Shown: positions 44,964-55,714 of the stretch, piece by piece
Layout of the letters: every line of letters begins with the position of its first letter
Position numbering within the stretch: the stretch's first letter is position 1
DNA from: a virus
Lineage: Duplodnaviria > Heunggongvirae > Uroviricota > Caudoviricetes
Length of the DNA stretch: 64,000 nt
IMG/VR virus record: IMGVR_UViG_3300003332_000015
Coordinates: 18,576 to 82,575 of that record
Strand: one strand, 5' to 3'
The notes under the pieces: generated by a model
Database searches by the model: none
The model's input: the letters and a program-made list of their open reading frames with translations, nothing else
What the model was told of the DNA's origin: nothing
Program-made: the position numbers and the translations under genes

Positions 44964-47693
44964 TTATACTTTTATTTCACTTCCAAAGCCCCAAACTTCC
45001 CCTTTCCTGTAATAATCTGAAGATTCTACATCTAATAGTAGTGGAATTCCTTTTGCTTCCGGTATTGCTTCTTCAAATATACGTTTTGCTTCTGTATATA
45101 TAATGTGAGCTTCAGATCGATGTGTATACAATACTATTGAATCATGTACATTCCCAACAACTCTACTTTTATAATTATTTGCTTTTATGAATAGAATGAG
45201 TTCAGATATAAGTTTATTCATTAAAACAGCTTCAAAATTTTGAACAGGAGAGTTTAAAGAGATATTCTGTAAGTTTTTAAAAATACTTCTATAATCTGAC
45301 TTCCCTCTGTGTAATAGTCTTGGTAAGCGACGTATTGCTCCGAATCCTGATCGAATATAACCATTGGACTCAGCAAATTCAATTGTCTCATCAATCCAAG
45401 TTTTTAAACCTGAATATGTTTCAAAATGCTTTGTACGTATATCATTAGCAACTACCCAATAATAAACAAATTCATCATTATCATTCTCATTTAATAATCC
45501 TCTAAAAAATGTTAATCGTTTTCTTAACTGATTTTTAGTTATATAGTCTTTACATTCCTGTAGTGACCAATTCTGTGTTAATACACTTTTTGCAAAGTTA
45601 TAAGCAGTAGCACCAAACTCTAACTGGAAATTAATAGATTTTGCTTTAAATCTTACAGCTTTAATTTCTGATTCACCTTTACGTGATAAGAATTCTTCAA
45701 GTGTAATATCATTCTTTAAAACTTTTTGTGCTGTCATACTATGTAAATCACCACCAAGTTCTATAAATGCTTCTCTCATATACTCATCACCACTATATAT
45801 TGCACCTATACGTAATTGAAAACCAGCGGCATCTATTTCATCTATTGTATAATCATTATTTGGTGGAATAAATATTCTTCTTAAAATTTTAGCTTTTTTA
45901 GAGTGTTTAGGGTTGTTTTGCATATTAGGGTTTCTACTCCAATTTCTATGTGAATTAGCTAACATAGCTCCAAAAGTAGAATGTACTCTATCATCATATT
46001 TTCTATATTGCCAAAAACCTGACCCTAACTCTTTATTACCTATAAAAGTTTTATATATTGTTGATATTTCTCTATACTCTAATAGTATTGTCATTTCTTT
46101 TTCATAACCATGAGTTTTCCAAAAATGTAAATGAGGTTCACCGGTAAGTAATAATTTTTTTTGAAAATGTTTTTTATCCGGTCTTGCTATAGACTCATTT
46201 AAACATTTCAATACTTTATTAATAGAAGATTCTTTTGGTTTAGTTTTACCTCTATCATTGTCAGTATAATTAAGTAAATCAAACAGTATTGCAATATCTT
46301 GTTCACTATTCCAATTTATAGAATTATGTTTAACTTTAAATATATCATCCATCTTAATTATAATTTCTTCAATTTCTTTTTTTGTCTCTATTGATATTTT
46401 TTCAAGTTCATCCCAATCAATTATCATACCTTCTAATTCAATATCAAGAAAAGCTCTTACTGATGGCATAGTCTTGTCAAAGAAGTAATCTTTGACACTA
46501 TGCTCACTAGGAAAATTAATATCAGTATTTTGCATAACATTTAATTGAGCTTCATAAATTTGGAATGTCATAATAGGATCCATAGTAGCATAAGGGAATC
46601 TTATATCATAAGGAATCTTTCCGTAATCTTTTTTTGATTTAGGATGTTTATCTTTATATTTTTCTAAATCATTATCATAACCACCGAATTGAGTATACAA
46701 CCATACATCAGATTTTAAACTAGATCTTTGTAATTCATTTACAACATGAGAACCATTCCAAGTATCATAGTAAATGTAAATATTTTCACGTTTTACATGA
46801 GCTTTTAAAATCATAAATTTTGCATCAAACTTTCCATTCTGTAAAATACCTAATTTATTTTTAAAGAAATTATTTAATAAAGATTTATCTTTTATATTAC
46901 CAAAATCAATATGATAACCAGTTACACCATCAAAACTAACAGTAAGACAAATTATTTTTGTTTCTTTATTCCATGGATCTAAACCATTACCTTCAATTTT
47001 TGGGTTCTTCCATCCTGTTTCAATATCCCATGCCATTTTTATAAGTTCATCACTTGTATTTTCAATAAGCCATTTATCACCATCAAGTATATCAATAAGA
47101 TTTAATATAGGTTTTCTTTTAGGTTTTACTACAAAACTATAAGCTTCATTAAATTGTTTTAAAGCAAAAAAGTAAGGCCAAGTATCAATACAAAAATAAT
47201 TATTTTCACTTCCTTTTATCCATCCTTCATAACTGTCTATAGGAAAAACATATGACTTTAATTCAGGTAAGTACAAATGACTTTGATTAAAAATAAAATC
47301 ATAAAAACCATCTATTTCAAAATCATCACTTTCAGTAAGTGCATATAAAGAACGAGGATCAGCAATAATTTTAGAGTGTGGTTTTATATATTTTTTAAAA
47401 TCAATATGATTATAAGTATAAAATTTAATTAAACCTGTTTTCAAATCTCTTTGTTCAGGTTTAAAAGGAAAAGTTGATATTATATTAATAGTCGGAGTTA
47501 CTTTATGCTTAGATATAACTTCCTTTTCTATTTGCTTTATTATATGTTGATAAAAAGAAGAGTTATATGGTTTATCTAATACAAGCCATATATCGGGATT
47601 CTCATGTGTAAAATATACAACAGGATTTTTTAAAACTTTAGTTGCTCTTTTTATTTCTATATTTTTCTTTATTGGTGCATTAAAAAATTCCAT
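44964..47693 (-). CDS. polA: DNA polymerase family A with 3'-5' exonuclease and degenerate N-terminal UDG-like domain
   Basis: MAWDIETG exo I, LQNGKFD, DEIDAAGFQLR motif A, RFKAKSINFQLEFG motif B, NVHDSI motif C. Confidence 0.95.
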   Translation of the reverse strand: MEFFNAPIKKNIEIKRATKVLKNPVVYFTHENPDIWLVLDKPYNSSFYQHIIKQIEKEVISKHKVTPTINIISTFPFKPEQRDLKTGLIKFYTYNHIDFKKYIKPHSKIIADPRSLYALTESDDFEIDGFYDFIFNQSHLYLPELKSYVFPIDSYEGWIKGSENNYFCIDTWPYFFALKQFNEAYSFVVKPKRKPILNLIDILDGDKWLIENTSDELIKMAWDIETGWKNPKIEGNGLDPWNKETKIICLTVSFDGVTGYHIDFGNIKDKSLLNNFFKNKLGILQNGKFDAKFMILKAHVKRENIYIYYDTWNGSHVVNELQRSSLKSDVWLYTQFGGYDNDLEKYKDKHPKSKKDYGKIPYDIRFPYATMDPIMTFQIYEAQLNVMQNTDINFPSEHSVKDYFFDKTMPSVRAFLDIELEGMIIDWDELEKISIETKKEIEEIIIKMDDIFKVKHNSINWNSEQDIAILFDLLNYTDNDRGKTKPKESSINKVLKCLNESIARPDKKHFQKKLLLTGEPHLHFWKTHGYEKEMTILLEYREISTIYKTFIGNKELGSGFWQYRKYDDRVHSTFGAMLANSHRNWSRNPNMQNNPKHSKKAKILRRIFIPPNNDYTIDEIDAAGFQLRIGAIYSGDEYMREAFIELGGDLHSMTAQKVLKNDITLEEFLSRKGESEIKAVRFKAKSINFQLEFGATAYNFAKSVLTQNWSLQECKDYITKNQLRKRLTFFRGLLNENDNDEFVYYWVVANDIRTKHFETYSGLKTWIDETIEFAESNGYIRSGFGAIRRLPRLLHRGKSDYRSIFKNLQNISLNSPVQNFEAVLMNKLISELILFIKANNYKSRVVGNVHDSIVLYTHRSEAHIIYTEAKRIFEEAIPEAKGIPLLLDVESSDYYRKGEVWGFGSEIKV

Positions 47694-47706
47694 TAATTCC
47701 CTTATA

Positions 47707-48690
47707 CTAAAATGCTATATCATCATCAAAAGTTGCTGTATTATCTTTTGCATATTTAAGTTCATTAATAGAACCATTTAAAAGTTCAGTTGCTTGCTGT
47801 GGGTGCATACTACCACCTCCAGCTAAAACATGCCCATTAATAATTTCAAAGTTATTAACATTAAATGGGTCTCTTGCTCTAACAGAAAGTTTACCATTTA
47901 TTTCTTCTTTGAATTTAGCAAAAGTATTAACATTTATAACATAACTTATATCTGTATATTTTTCAAGGAGCATTGAACATACTAAACTTATTTTAGATTT
48001 TCCTTCATATATTAAAAAACTAAAACCTTTTTCATCAACACGCTTTTGCATACGTTCCTCAGCAATTCTAAACTGAGTAGTTTCTTTTTGTATTGCTTGC
48101 TGTATTAACATGAGTTCATAATCATCAAAATAAAATTCTTTTGATTTTTCTTCTTTTAATTTAAATAATTGTCTATCAATAAAAGATTCATATTTATGCC
48201 ATCCAGTTTTATTATAAGAAATAGACTCCCATAATACTCTATTTAAATTTTGAGCTTCTTCCCATAATGGATCTGTTTTTTTCCATAAATCATAAGTATC
48301 AATTAATGTTACCATTTGTTTTACTTTAATAGGAACTCTTTTCTTTTTAGTTATATAATCATAAAACAATTTAGTTCCACTTCTCTTCATATCAATAAAA
48401 CAATTAGGGTCATCGGTTAACTGTAAAGAAGGTTCGTGATGATCAAATATTTTATAAGAGTCAAAATGTTTTATTATGTAATTATAAAAATCACCATAAG
48501 GTGAAAAATCAGTAAGTATTAAATTCTTATAATTAGTTGGGAAAGTTGGTTTTCCATCTTCATCAAATTCATCATCATACGAAATAAGATGAAATTTATC
48601 TATAGCAAAATTATAATATTTAGAAAGTATTAAACTACCTACACCATCTAAATCTATATTATGTGAAATTAGTAATAAATCTTTTTTCAT
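47707..48690 (-). CDS. DHH-family phosphoesterase
   Basis: SHNIDLDG, LTDFS, FDHH, GHVLAGGG. Confidence 0.88.
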   Translation of the reverse strand: MKKDLLLISHNIDLDGVGSLILSKYYNFAIDKFHLISYDDEFDEDGKPTFPTNYKNLILTDFSPYGDFYNYIIKHFDSYKIFDHHEPSLQLTDDPNCFIDMKRSGTKLFYDYITKKKRVPIKVKQMVTLIDTYDLWKKTDPLWEEAQNLNRVLWESISYNKTGWHKYESFIDRQLFKLKEEKSKEFYFDDYELMLIQQAIQKETTQFRIAEERMQKRVDEKGFSFLIYEGKSKISLVCSMLLEKYTDISYVINVNTFAKFKEEINGKLSVRARDPFNVNNFEIINGHVLAGGGSMHPQQATELLNGSINELKYAKDNTATFDDDIAF

Positions 48691-49115
48691 TAGAAAAACT
48701 TCCCTATATCTTTTGTTTTATATTTATATTTACTCCAATCAAAATGAAGTAATTCTTTCATAGCAAATAACTTTTCATATGCAACAGGGATAAGAGTTGT
48801 CTTCAAATTTATATTTGGTAATATACTTAAAAAGTATTTAAAATCAACAGGTGCTTGTAATTTAGATAATTCAATATTAAGTAATTCTTTATTTTCTACA
48901 TTATCTATTCTATGTATAAAAACCCAAGGTTGATTTTGTGCTACCAAACAATCATAAACAGTATTACCTTTTATAATAACATTATCTTCATCTACCAATA
49001 TAGGGTAAATTTGTCCATACTTCATAATACTCTTTTGTAGTTTTCTTCGTGATAGAGTATTATACTTTTTTACTGTTCCACTTTTAGTTATTTTTTCTAT
49101 TTCTATGCGCTCCAT
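48690..49115 (-). CDS. ParB/sulfiredoxin-like N-terminal domain protein (degenerate catalytic motif)
   Basis: LQKSIMKYGQIYPILVDEDNVIIKGNTV. Confidence 0.7.
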   Translation of the reverse strand: MERIEIEKITKSGTVKKYNTLSRRKLQKSIMKYGQIYPILVDEDNVIIKGNTVYDCLVAQNQPWVFIHRIDNVENKELLNIELSKLQAPVDFKYFLSILPNINLKTTLIPVAYEKLFAMKELLHFDWSKYKYKTKDIGKFF

Positions 49116-49954
49116 ACAACACCTCTATTCTCCCAAATCTTTGTTAAATTATATTCTAAGTCATGAAAAATAGAAGCATTAAAAAGATTTCTTTCCTTCC
49201 AAGATTTAATACCTTCTACCATATTAATATTTAAATAATTTTCATTAAAGAATTCTTTTGGTACTGGATCCTTAATATTAAAACTTTTTAAAGTCGCATA
49301 ATTCTGTAAATAGTAAAGTTTGTTACTTATACCACCATGTACCCATGAAGTTGAATCAGCACTATAAAAAGGATAATTTAAAAATACTTTATTATTTGTT
49401 TGTCCTAGTGCATGTAACTTTCTTTTATATTTAAAATTTAAAGCAAATATTTCATCAAGTGTTGGTTTAAGATTAAACTTCTCTCCTGCCATCCCACCTA
49501 TCATTACAAATTCATATTTTTCAAGTAACTCTTCTAAATATGGAAGAGTATATGTAACTGCATGATAAACAGGAATAGGATTTAAACCAGCTTCTTCCAT
49601 AATTCTACAATTCTCTTTTGTTTTTATAATACTTTGTTCAACAGTATTATTTTTGTCTGCTTTTACGTCTAACTGTATATAGTTCCAAAGATCATCTTTA
49701 AACTCATGTAGTAACTCTATGTAAGCATCAACATCAATTTCTGTATTACGTGTCCAAGCTCCATATGCACCTGAATCTAAAAATAAATTTTTATTATTAT
49801 CAGTAGTAATTTTCATCATTTTTCTAAATAACTCAAATTTAGGTTTCTTTAATTTAAAATTATAAAAACTAAAAAAAGTTGATAAAAAATTAATATGCTC
49901 ATGTGGAGCTACATGAGGGTGCATAGATTCATAACTTGCTAAAAATAATTTCAT
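49103..49954 (-). CDS. dpdA: TGT-like DNA 7-deazaguanine transglycosylase (DpdA-like)
   Basis: LFLDSGAY, YIQLDV, PIPVYH, IGGM, KLHALG, YSADSTSW TGT-barrel motifs; sits next to queC/folE/queE/queD. Confidence 0.75.
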   Translation of the reverse strand: MKLFLASYESMHPHVAPHEHINFLSTFFSFYNFKLKKPKFELFRKMMKITTDNNKNLFLDSGAYGAWTRNTEIDVDAYIELLHEFKDDLWNYIQLDVKADKNNTVEQSIIKTKENCRIMEEAGLNPIPVYHAVTYTLPYLEELLEKYEFVMIGGMAGEKFNLKPTLDEIFALNFKYKRKLHALGQTNNKVFLNYPFYSADSTSWVHGGISNKLYYLQNYATLKSFNIKDPVPKEFFNENYLNINMVEGIKSWKERNLFNASIFHDLEYNLTKIWENRGVVWSA

Positions 49955-50652
49955 TGTTTACCCTTAATATGATCTTGATAATAATTATAAACAGACACTA
50001 TTAAATCTTCTTCTTTACTATCACGACCGTATGAATTATCTGCAATTAAAGGTAATACATTTTTTTCAATATAAGGAATTGGTTTATAATGTTTTATAAA
50101 ACCTTCAGCAGCAAAAGTTACCCATTTACGAAAGCAAGGTTTACAGTTCCAACATTCATGACCATCTTCTGTAGGTTCATAACAAGAGAAAGAACTATCA
50201 TAAACTTCTTCTAAACTACCACCCTGATCCATATACATATGTAATAATTCTGATTTAGTATAATTTTTATAATCTAAATTAATCTTTAATTTTTTACCAT
50301 CTGGTAACCACCATTGTGGTGTATAAAGATAATTTAGTAAATGTTCAGTCATTGTCGCAAAAAGAAAACTCTTATCAAGTACTCTATCCCCTGCTGTAGC
50401 TCCTAAACAAATTTCTTCTCCATAATAAGAAGCAATCATTATTAGATATAAATTACGGAGAGGGATTATTTTGTCATCTCTCTCGAATTTTGATAAATCT
50501 AATTTTTCAATAATAACATCATTTGGTAATTTTGAAATTTCTTGTTTTGAGTATCTTCCATTTATATCAATGTATAATTTAATATCAGGCTTCCATATCT
50601 TATCTATTAACCAGGAATCCATTCCACCACTATACAGTAACACTTTCTTCAT
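49951..50652 (-). CDS. queC: 7-cyano-7-deazaguanine (preQ0) synthase
   Basis: LLYSGGMDS PP-loop, IPLRNL, TKSE, SCY..ECWNCKPC zinc site. Confidence 0.92.
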   Translation of the reverse strand: MKKVLLYSGGMDSWLIDKIWKPDIKLYIDINGRYSKQEISKLPNDVIIEKLDLSKFERDDKIIPLRNLYLIMIASYYGEEICLGATAGDRVLDKSFLFATMTEHLLNYLYTPQWWLPDGKKLKINLDYKNYTKSELLHMYMDQGGSLEEVYDSSFSCYEPTEDGHECWNCKPCFRKWVTFAAEGFIKHYKPIPYIEKNVLPLIADNSYGRDSKEEDLIVSVYNYYQDHIKGKQ

Positions 50653-50665
50653 TTTAGTTCTCCTA

Positions 50666-50680
50666 TACTATTATAATAAT
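50666..50680 (-). promoter_or_regulatory. Putative class-2 promoter ATTATTATAATAGTA
   Basis: Upstream of queC. Confidence 0.55.
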
Positions 50681-50693
50681 AAAAAAATCATCT

Positions 50694-51311
50694 TTATTTA
50701 ATCATATTATAAAATTCATTTCTTGTTGATAAGTTCTCTCTAAAAGCACCTCTAAGATCTGATGTTTTCATTTGAGCTTCTTTATGTTCTTTAACACCTC
50801 TCATTACCATACAAAGATGTGTTGCTTCTATGTGTACTGCAACTCCAAGGGGATTAAGTTTTTCAGTAATATAATCTGCTATCTGACAGGTAAGCTCTTC
50901 CTGTATTTGTGGTCTTTTCATAAACCATTTAACTATTCTCGCTAACTTACTTATACCAACTACTTTATCTCCAGGTATATAAGCTATGTAAGCATTTCCT
51001 GTAAAAGGAACCCAATGATGAGAACACATACTTTTAACTTCTATAGGACCTAAAAATACCATTTCATCATATTCTCTAGTGTTCGGGAATACAGTCATAT
51101 TCGGTTCAGTACTATAGTTACCTGCAAATAACTCATTAACATACATTTTTGCAATACGCTTTGGTGAACCTTCCATTTGAGGATCTGTTTTATCGAAACG
51201 AAGGATATCTACTATATCACTAAATTTCTTTTCTAACTCAAAAATCATTTTGTTTTTCTGTTCTTCATTTAAAACAACATTTTCATTTGCCATAATTTTT
51301 TCTACCATCAT
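50694..51311 (-). CDS. folE: GTP cyclohydrolase I
   Basis: SPKRIAKMY, SMCSHHWVPF, GISKLAR, QIQEELT, HLCMVMRGV. Confidence 0.97.
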   Translation of the reverse strand: MMVEKIMANENVVLNEEQKNKMIFELEKKFSDIVDILRFDKTDPQMEGSPKRIAKMYVNELFAGNYSTEPNMTVFPNTREYDEMVFLGPIEVKSMCSHHWVPFTGNAYIAYIPGDKVVGISKLARIVKWFMKRPQIQEELTCQIADYITEKLNPLGVAVHIEATHLCMVMRGVKEHKEAQMKTSDLRGAFRENLSTRNEFYNMIK

Positions 51312-51315
51312 TCTA

Positions 51316-52011
51316 CTAAACTCCTCTTTTATTATCAAATAATATTGTATGTAATCTTAATGATAAATTGTACCCACCTTGTACAATTATATCTATATAC
51401 CTTTTTGCTAATCGAATTGAATTATCACCTTCTATCGAAATTGGTTGAAAGTAAACTTTACTTGATCGAACACCCAAACTATCTATAAATATTTTAGTAT
51501 TAGTAAAATCATGTATACTATTAAATAATATTTTGACTATATAATCAAACTTTGGATTTTGTATAGTTTGAATCTGTTCAAGTAAATAATAACCAGGAAC
51601 ACTTACACCATCATCTTGATCAATATTATTTTTAGGTGAAATATTAAAAATAACATTTTCATACTCAAAATATTTTTCATCCATTAATTCTAAAGAACCA
51701 TTAGTTTCAATTTCAAAAAACTTATTAGGAAACATATCAATTAGTTTAAAAATTAAAGTTTGATATTTACCTAGTAGGGGTTCTCCTCCTGTAAAAACAA
51801 TATGACCTTCAAATACATGTACAAGATTTATTATTTCATCTTCAGTATATGATAATGTTTCTTCTTTTGAATCAACAGCATATCTTGAATCACAAAGTGT
51901 ACATCTTAAATTACAACCATAAAATCTAATAAATAATGAGTTTGTCCCTTGATACTTACCTTCACCTTGAATACCAACAAAAGCTTCCTCAGCTAATAAA
52001 TATGTATCCAC
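51316..52011 (-). CDS. queE: 7-carboxy-7-deazaguanine synthase (radical SAM)
   Basis: IQGEG, FIRFYGCNLRCTLCDS, VFTGGEP, IETNG, ISPK, LSLRLH. Confidence 0.95.
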   Translation of the reverse strand: MDTYLLAEEAFVGIQGEGKYQGTNSLFIRFYGCNLRCTLCDSRYAVDSKEETLSYTEDEIINLVHVFEGHIVFTGGEPLLGKYQTLIFKLIDMFPNKFFEIETNGSLELMDEKYFEYENVIFNISPKNNIDQDDGVSVPGYYLLEQIQTIQNPKFDYIVKILFNSIHDFTNTKIFIDSLGVRSSKVYFQPISIEGDNSIRLAKRYIDIIVQGGYNLSLRLHTILFDNKRGV

Positions 52012-52014
52012 TAT

Positions 52015-52476
52015 TTACTCCTTTATAAAAAATGTACAACTATCGGAAGGATCACTTTCATTTGAAATTGCTGATCCTGTTGCTGTTTCCCATACACGAA
52101 CAGATACTTTAAAATTTTTATTATTATTTAAAAATTTGTCTACCACTAGAGCATGAACTACTCTTGCCATATTCTCAGCAGTACAATTCTTATTCATGAT
52201 AATAACTCTTTTAAACTTATCAAGAAAAAATTCTAGTATCTCTGGTTCCTCTTTACTCCAAAAGACACAAGAGTGATCGAAGTGATCTATAAATTCTTTA
52301 ATAGGTTTAAGTTGTTTAAAATCTAAAACCATTCCATTTTGTTGTATTGGCCCTGTTATAAGTATTTCCCATGTATAACTATGCCCGTGAATGTTATGTT
52401 TACACCTTTCTGATATTGCTTCTCTAACAATATGAGCTGTTTCGGTAATATACGTCTTTACTATTGATCCTGTCAT
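52015..52476 (-). CDS. queD: 6-carboxy-5,6,7,8-tetrahydropterin synthase
   Basis: TAH...CKHNIHGHSY, MVLDF, FDH, TAENMA, VWET. Confidence 0.95.
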   Translation of the reverse strand: MTGSIVKTYITETAHIVREAISERCKHNIHGHSYTWEILITGPIQQNGMVLDFKQLKPIKEFIDHFDHSCVFWSKEEPEILEFFLDKFKRVIIMNKNCTAENMARVVHALVVDKFLNNNKNFKVSVRVWETATGSAISNESDPSDSCTFFIKE

Positions 52477-52808
52477 TCTTTGTACTCCTTTATTCTTTTT
52501 TCCCAATTATCTTTAACTAAATTAAACTCTTCTTCTTCTAATCCTTCTTCTAAAATTTCTATTCTTTCTACATAAACAATATGAAGCTTTGTCATATCAA
52601 CAGGCTCTTGGTATTCTTCAATTACTAAAGAATAAGGAATAAAAATAAAACCTTTTATATAACTATGTGCCATACCACCATTTATGGTCATCCTTTTTTT
52701 AACTGACTTATATAGAATTGATTCAGGATCAGGATATTCTGACATAATTTTTCCTTTCATAGAACTAGGAAACTTTTTTCTTACAATAGGAAATATTATA
52801 TCACTCAA
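52473..52808 (-). CDS. Hypothetical protein
   Basis: Coupled ORF. Confidence 0.55.
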   Translation of the reverse strand: MSDIIFPIVRKKFPSSMKGKIMSEYPDPESILYKSVKKRMTINGGMAHSYIKGFIFIPYSLVIEEYQEPVDMTKLHIVYVERIEILEEGLEEEEFNLVKDNWEKRIKEYKE

Positions 52809-53238
52809 CTTTGTACTCCTTTAAAATTTTACTTACTATTTCATATAATTTTCTATGCATATAATTTTGTACTGTGAATATAGAACATATTTTATATCTA
52901 TCTATTTCAGGATAATTTATAATTGGAACTATCGAGGAACAAGATAATTTTTTTATATCAAACTCTTTTTTTACATTAGTACTTTTATATAAAAATAAAT
53001 GTAAATCTTTATTTGACCTATATTTAAATGTACCTAAATCAAGTAGATCTGTAGGTTTTAAAATAATACCCGATTCCTCTTTAAGTTCCCTTAAAGCTGC
53101 TGATTTATGATTTTCTATATTAAACCATACCCAACCTTTAAATATATCATAACTATGATATTTACCCATACCAGTTGTATGACCAATAAGTATATCTTTA
53201 AAATCAGTTATAATTACTCCTGCACTTACCTTTTTCAT
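52801..53238 (-). CDS. Nudix hydrolase
   Basis: KG...E...AALRELKEESGI Nudix box. Confidence 0.88.
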   Translation of the reverse strand: MKKVSAGVIITDFKDILIGHTTGMGKYHSYDIFKGWVWFNIENHKSAALRELKEESGIILKPTDLLDLGTFKYRSNKDLHLFLYKSTNVKKEFDIKKLSCSSIVPIINYPEIDRYKICSIFTVQNYMHRKLYEIVSKILKEYKVE

Positions 53239-53246
53239 TTGTTTCC

Positions 53247-53864
53247 TTAATTGTGTATATCAATCATAATAGCAAAATAATTTTCTATATCTTCAGGAAT
53301 TGAGTAATTACATTCTTTTATATTGAAAACATTAGTATCAAAACTAAAATTCTGTTTATATAAATTACTGGCTTTTTGTAAACAATATCCATACATATAC
53401 CAATTATCATATTTAGTACCATCCTCTTTTTCTTTTTGTAACCAATCTTTAGCTTCCATTTCCGCTTTTTTTGCATCATCAAGAGTTTGATTCCATTCTT
53501 GTACTATTGTAGTACAATTAGATAAAGGAACAATATCAAATATTTCACCTTCCTCTGGTAAGCTATAATGATCTGAATAAGGATGATTTCCTTCCCCTCC
53601 CAAACTTTCCCATAATTCTATAAATTGTGTTTGTAAAGAATCAATTGTTGATTGTGTAGTAAAACCATGTTCATTTGGAATAATAAAGGATTTAGCTTCT
53701 TCCATAAATTCCTTATACATTGGAGATAATGTTTGTGACCATCTTCCTCCAACCATATACCAATCCCAAACATCGTCTTTATACCTATCCAAAAATTCTT
53801 TTGCTTTATGTAAAGTTTCTGTTTTATTATTAGCTTTAACTAATAAAATAATTCCTTTGTGCAT
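53247..53864 (-). CDS. Hypothetical protein (WDWYMVGGRWS type)
   Basis: AAGGGAG SD; conserved-looking W-rich motif. Confidence 0.6.
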   Translation of the reverse strand: MHKGIILLVKANNKTETLHKAKEFLDRYKDDVWDWYMVGGRWSQTLSPMYKEFMEEAKSFIIPNEHGFTTQSTIDSLQTQFIELWESLGGEGNHPYSDHYSLPEEGEIFDIVPLSNCTTIVQEWNQTLDDAKKAEMEAKDWLQKEKEDGTKYDNWYMYGYCLQKASNLYKQNFSFDTNVFNIKECNYSIPEDIENYFAIMIDIHN

Positions 53865-53867
53865 TTT

Positions 53868-55697
53868 TTATCTCCCTTTAAATATATCTTTCCATTTACC
53901 TTTTGCTATTGACTCTTTATTAAAAATGGAACTATCTAAATCCTTTTTTCTTTTTAAAGCTTCATCTAATCTTACATCTAAAGAATCAGTAAAAATCATA
54001 TTGTGTAATATTACTGGATCATTCTGTTTAAAACGATGAAACCTTTTCATAAATTGAGCAGATGTAGTATAGTCATAACTTCTACTAAAATTTATTATTC
54101 TTTTACATTCAACTATATTAACAGCAGTACGCAATACAGTTGAAGAAGTTATAAGTAACATTCTATCAGGATCATTTTTAAATAATTCTAATTGTTCATT
54201 TCTAAATTGAACCTTATCAACACCAGGAGGAACATTTTGACCATGTATAACTATAGGGTTATACTCTTTATATATCTCTGCTAAAGTGTCTAATGTCAAT
54301 GGGTGAAAATCAGCGATAGTAACTTTTAAACCTTCACCTAAATACTTTTTAAGTAAAGCATCTACAATTTCCATTTTTCCATGATCTTTTACAAAATTAA
54401 AATTATTAACTAATTTATATAAATCTTTAGATTTACTAGGATCTATTTTCCCTACTAGTAAAGAAGCATTTTCATAAGCTTGAGAAATATAAGGAAAAGA
54501 ATTAAATACACTTCTTGGTATTATTCTTCCTTCCTTTTCTCTAAGTACAGTTATTCTATAATTAATTAACTTTTCATATATGTCTTTTTGCTTTTTTGTC
54601 ATTTCAGCAAAAGTATCTACAATATATAATGCAGGTAAATCTAATATTTCATCTGATGTATATCTTGTAACCCATTTAGAAAAAATTATTTCCCATTTTT
54701 TAACTTTCTCTGGGTATAAATAATTTATTTTATACTTACTAAATCTTCCACCTAAATTAGCAATATCTTCTAACCATTCAAAATAGTTAGATGGTAGTAT
54801 TCCTCCATCAAGAAAAAGCATTTGTGTAAATATTTCTTCAAAGCTATTAGGTGTTGGTGTTCCTGTTAATAAATAACGATATTTAAAATAACTCTTATGT
54901 AAATTAATAAGATACCTTTGTCGAGACTTAGTATTTTTAATCGAGTGTGATTCATCAATTACTATAGCTAAGTTCTCTCCCATCCAATCAAAAGGAATAG
55001 TTGGTTTTCTATATTTTTTAACTTTCTTTTTATGTGTTTTTGCATAGTAATCGTCTGACAAAGTAACAAAATGTCTATAAGTCATAATAACAACTTTAAA
55101 TTGTTTTCCTGTTTCAAAAGGATCTCTATTATTTGTTGCTGTTGAAATAATAATATAATCATTTGTTTTAGCAAACAAAGAAAACATCTTTAATTCTTCT
55201 CGCCAATTATATACACCTTCTGGTGGTGTAACTACTATCACACCTTCTAAACTATCTTTTATAAACCAATGATTTAAAACTGAAATTGTGACATACGTTT
55301 TCCCACTACCCATTCCTAAAAAGAATGCATATCGATTTTGACTTATACCTTTTTTTATACACTCAATTTGAAAATCCTCGTAAGGATGTTTTCCTTTTAT
55401 TGGAGGTGATAATAAACAATCTTCATTTAATTTAACTCTTTTAAATTGTGTTTCAAGTTCTCCATAATTATTTTTATTTAGTAAAACTGATTCCCAATTA
55501 ACAGTATTAACTATATCAACATTTTCTAGTTTATCATATACTTCTATAAGTTTTTTAGGGGTTCCTATCCATCTAGTATAACTCGAGTCATATTTCATTT
55601 TAGCATTTTTTACTATTTCTAAACATTCATGAAAAGCTACACCATTAAATTTGACGAAGTATTTTGAAGTCATATTGTCGAAACCTATACTAACCAT
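53868..55697 (-). CDS. SNF2/SF2 helicase
   Basis: GMGSGKT, IVIDESH, LLTGTP, C-terminal RFHRFKQ motif VI. Confidence 0.92.
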   Translation of the reverse strand: MVSIGFDNMTSKYFVKFNGVAFHECLEIVKNAKMKYDSSYTRWIGTPKKLIEVYDKLENVDIVNTVNWESVLLNKNNYGELETQFKRVKLNEDCLLSPPIKGKHPYEDFQIECIKKGISQNRYAFFLGMGSGKTYVTISVLNHWFIKDSLEGVIVVTPPEGVYNWREELKMFSLFAKTNDYIIISTATNNRDPFETGKQFKVVIMTYRHFVTLSDDYYAKTHKKKVKKYRKPTIPFDWMGENLAIVIDESHSIKNTKSRQRYLINLHKSYFKYRYLLTGTPTPNSFEEIFTQMLFLDGGILPSNYFEWLEDIANLGGRFSKYKINYLYPEKVKKWEIIFSKWVTRYTSDEILDLPALYIVDTFAEMTKKQKDIYEKLINYRITVLREKEGRIIPRSVFNSFPYISQAYENASLLVGKIDPSKSKDLYKLVNNFNFVKDHGKMEIVDALLKKYLGEGLKVTIADFHPLTLDTLAEIYKEYNPIVIHGQNVPPGVDKVQFRNEQLELFKNDPDRMLLITSSTVLRTAVNIVECKRIINFSRSYDYTTSAQFMKRFHRFKQNDPVILHNMIFTDSLDVRLDEALKRKKDLDSSIFNKESIAKGKWKDIFKGR

Positions 55698-55714
55698 TTT
55701 ACACCTTTTTCATA

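Noticed and set aside
49103-52476. Host-type queuosine tRNA modification operon
   Set aside because: The TGT-like protein is short, lacks the tRNA-TGT zinc-site pattern and sits beside phage DNA polymerase, so DNA modification is the better reading. queF and queA are absent from the window.
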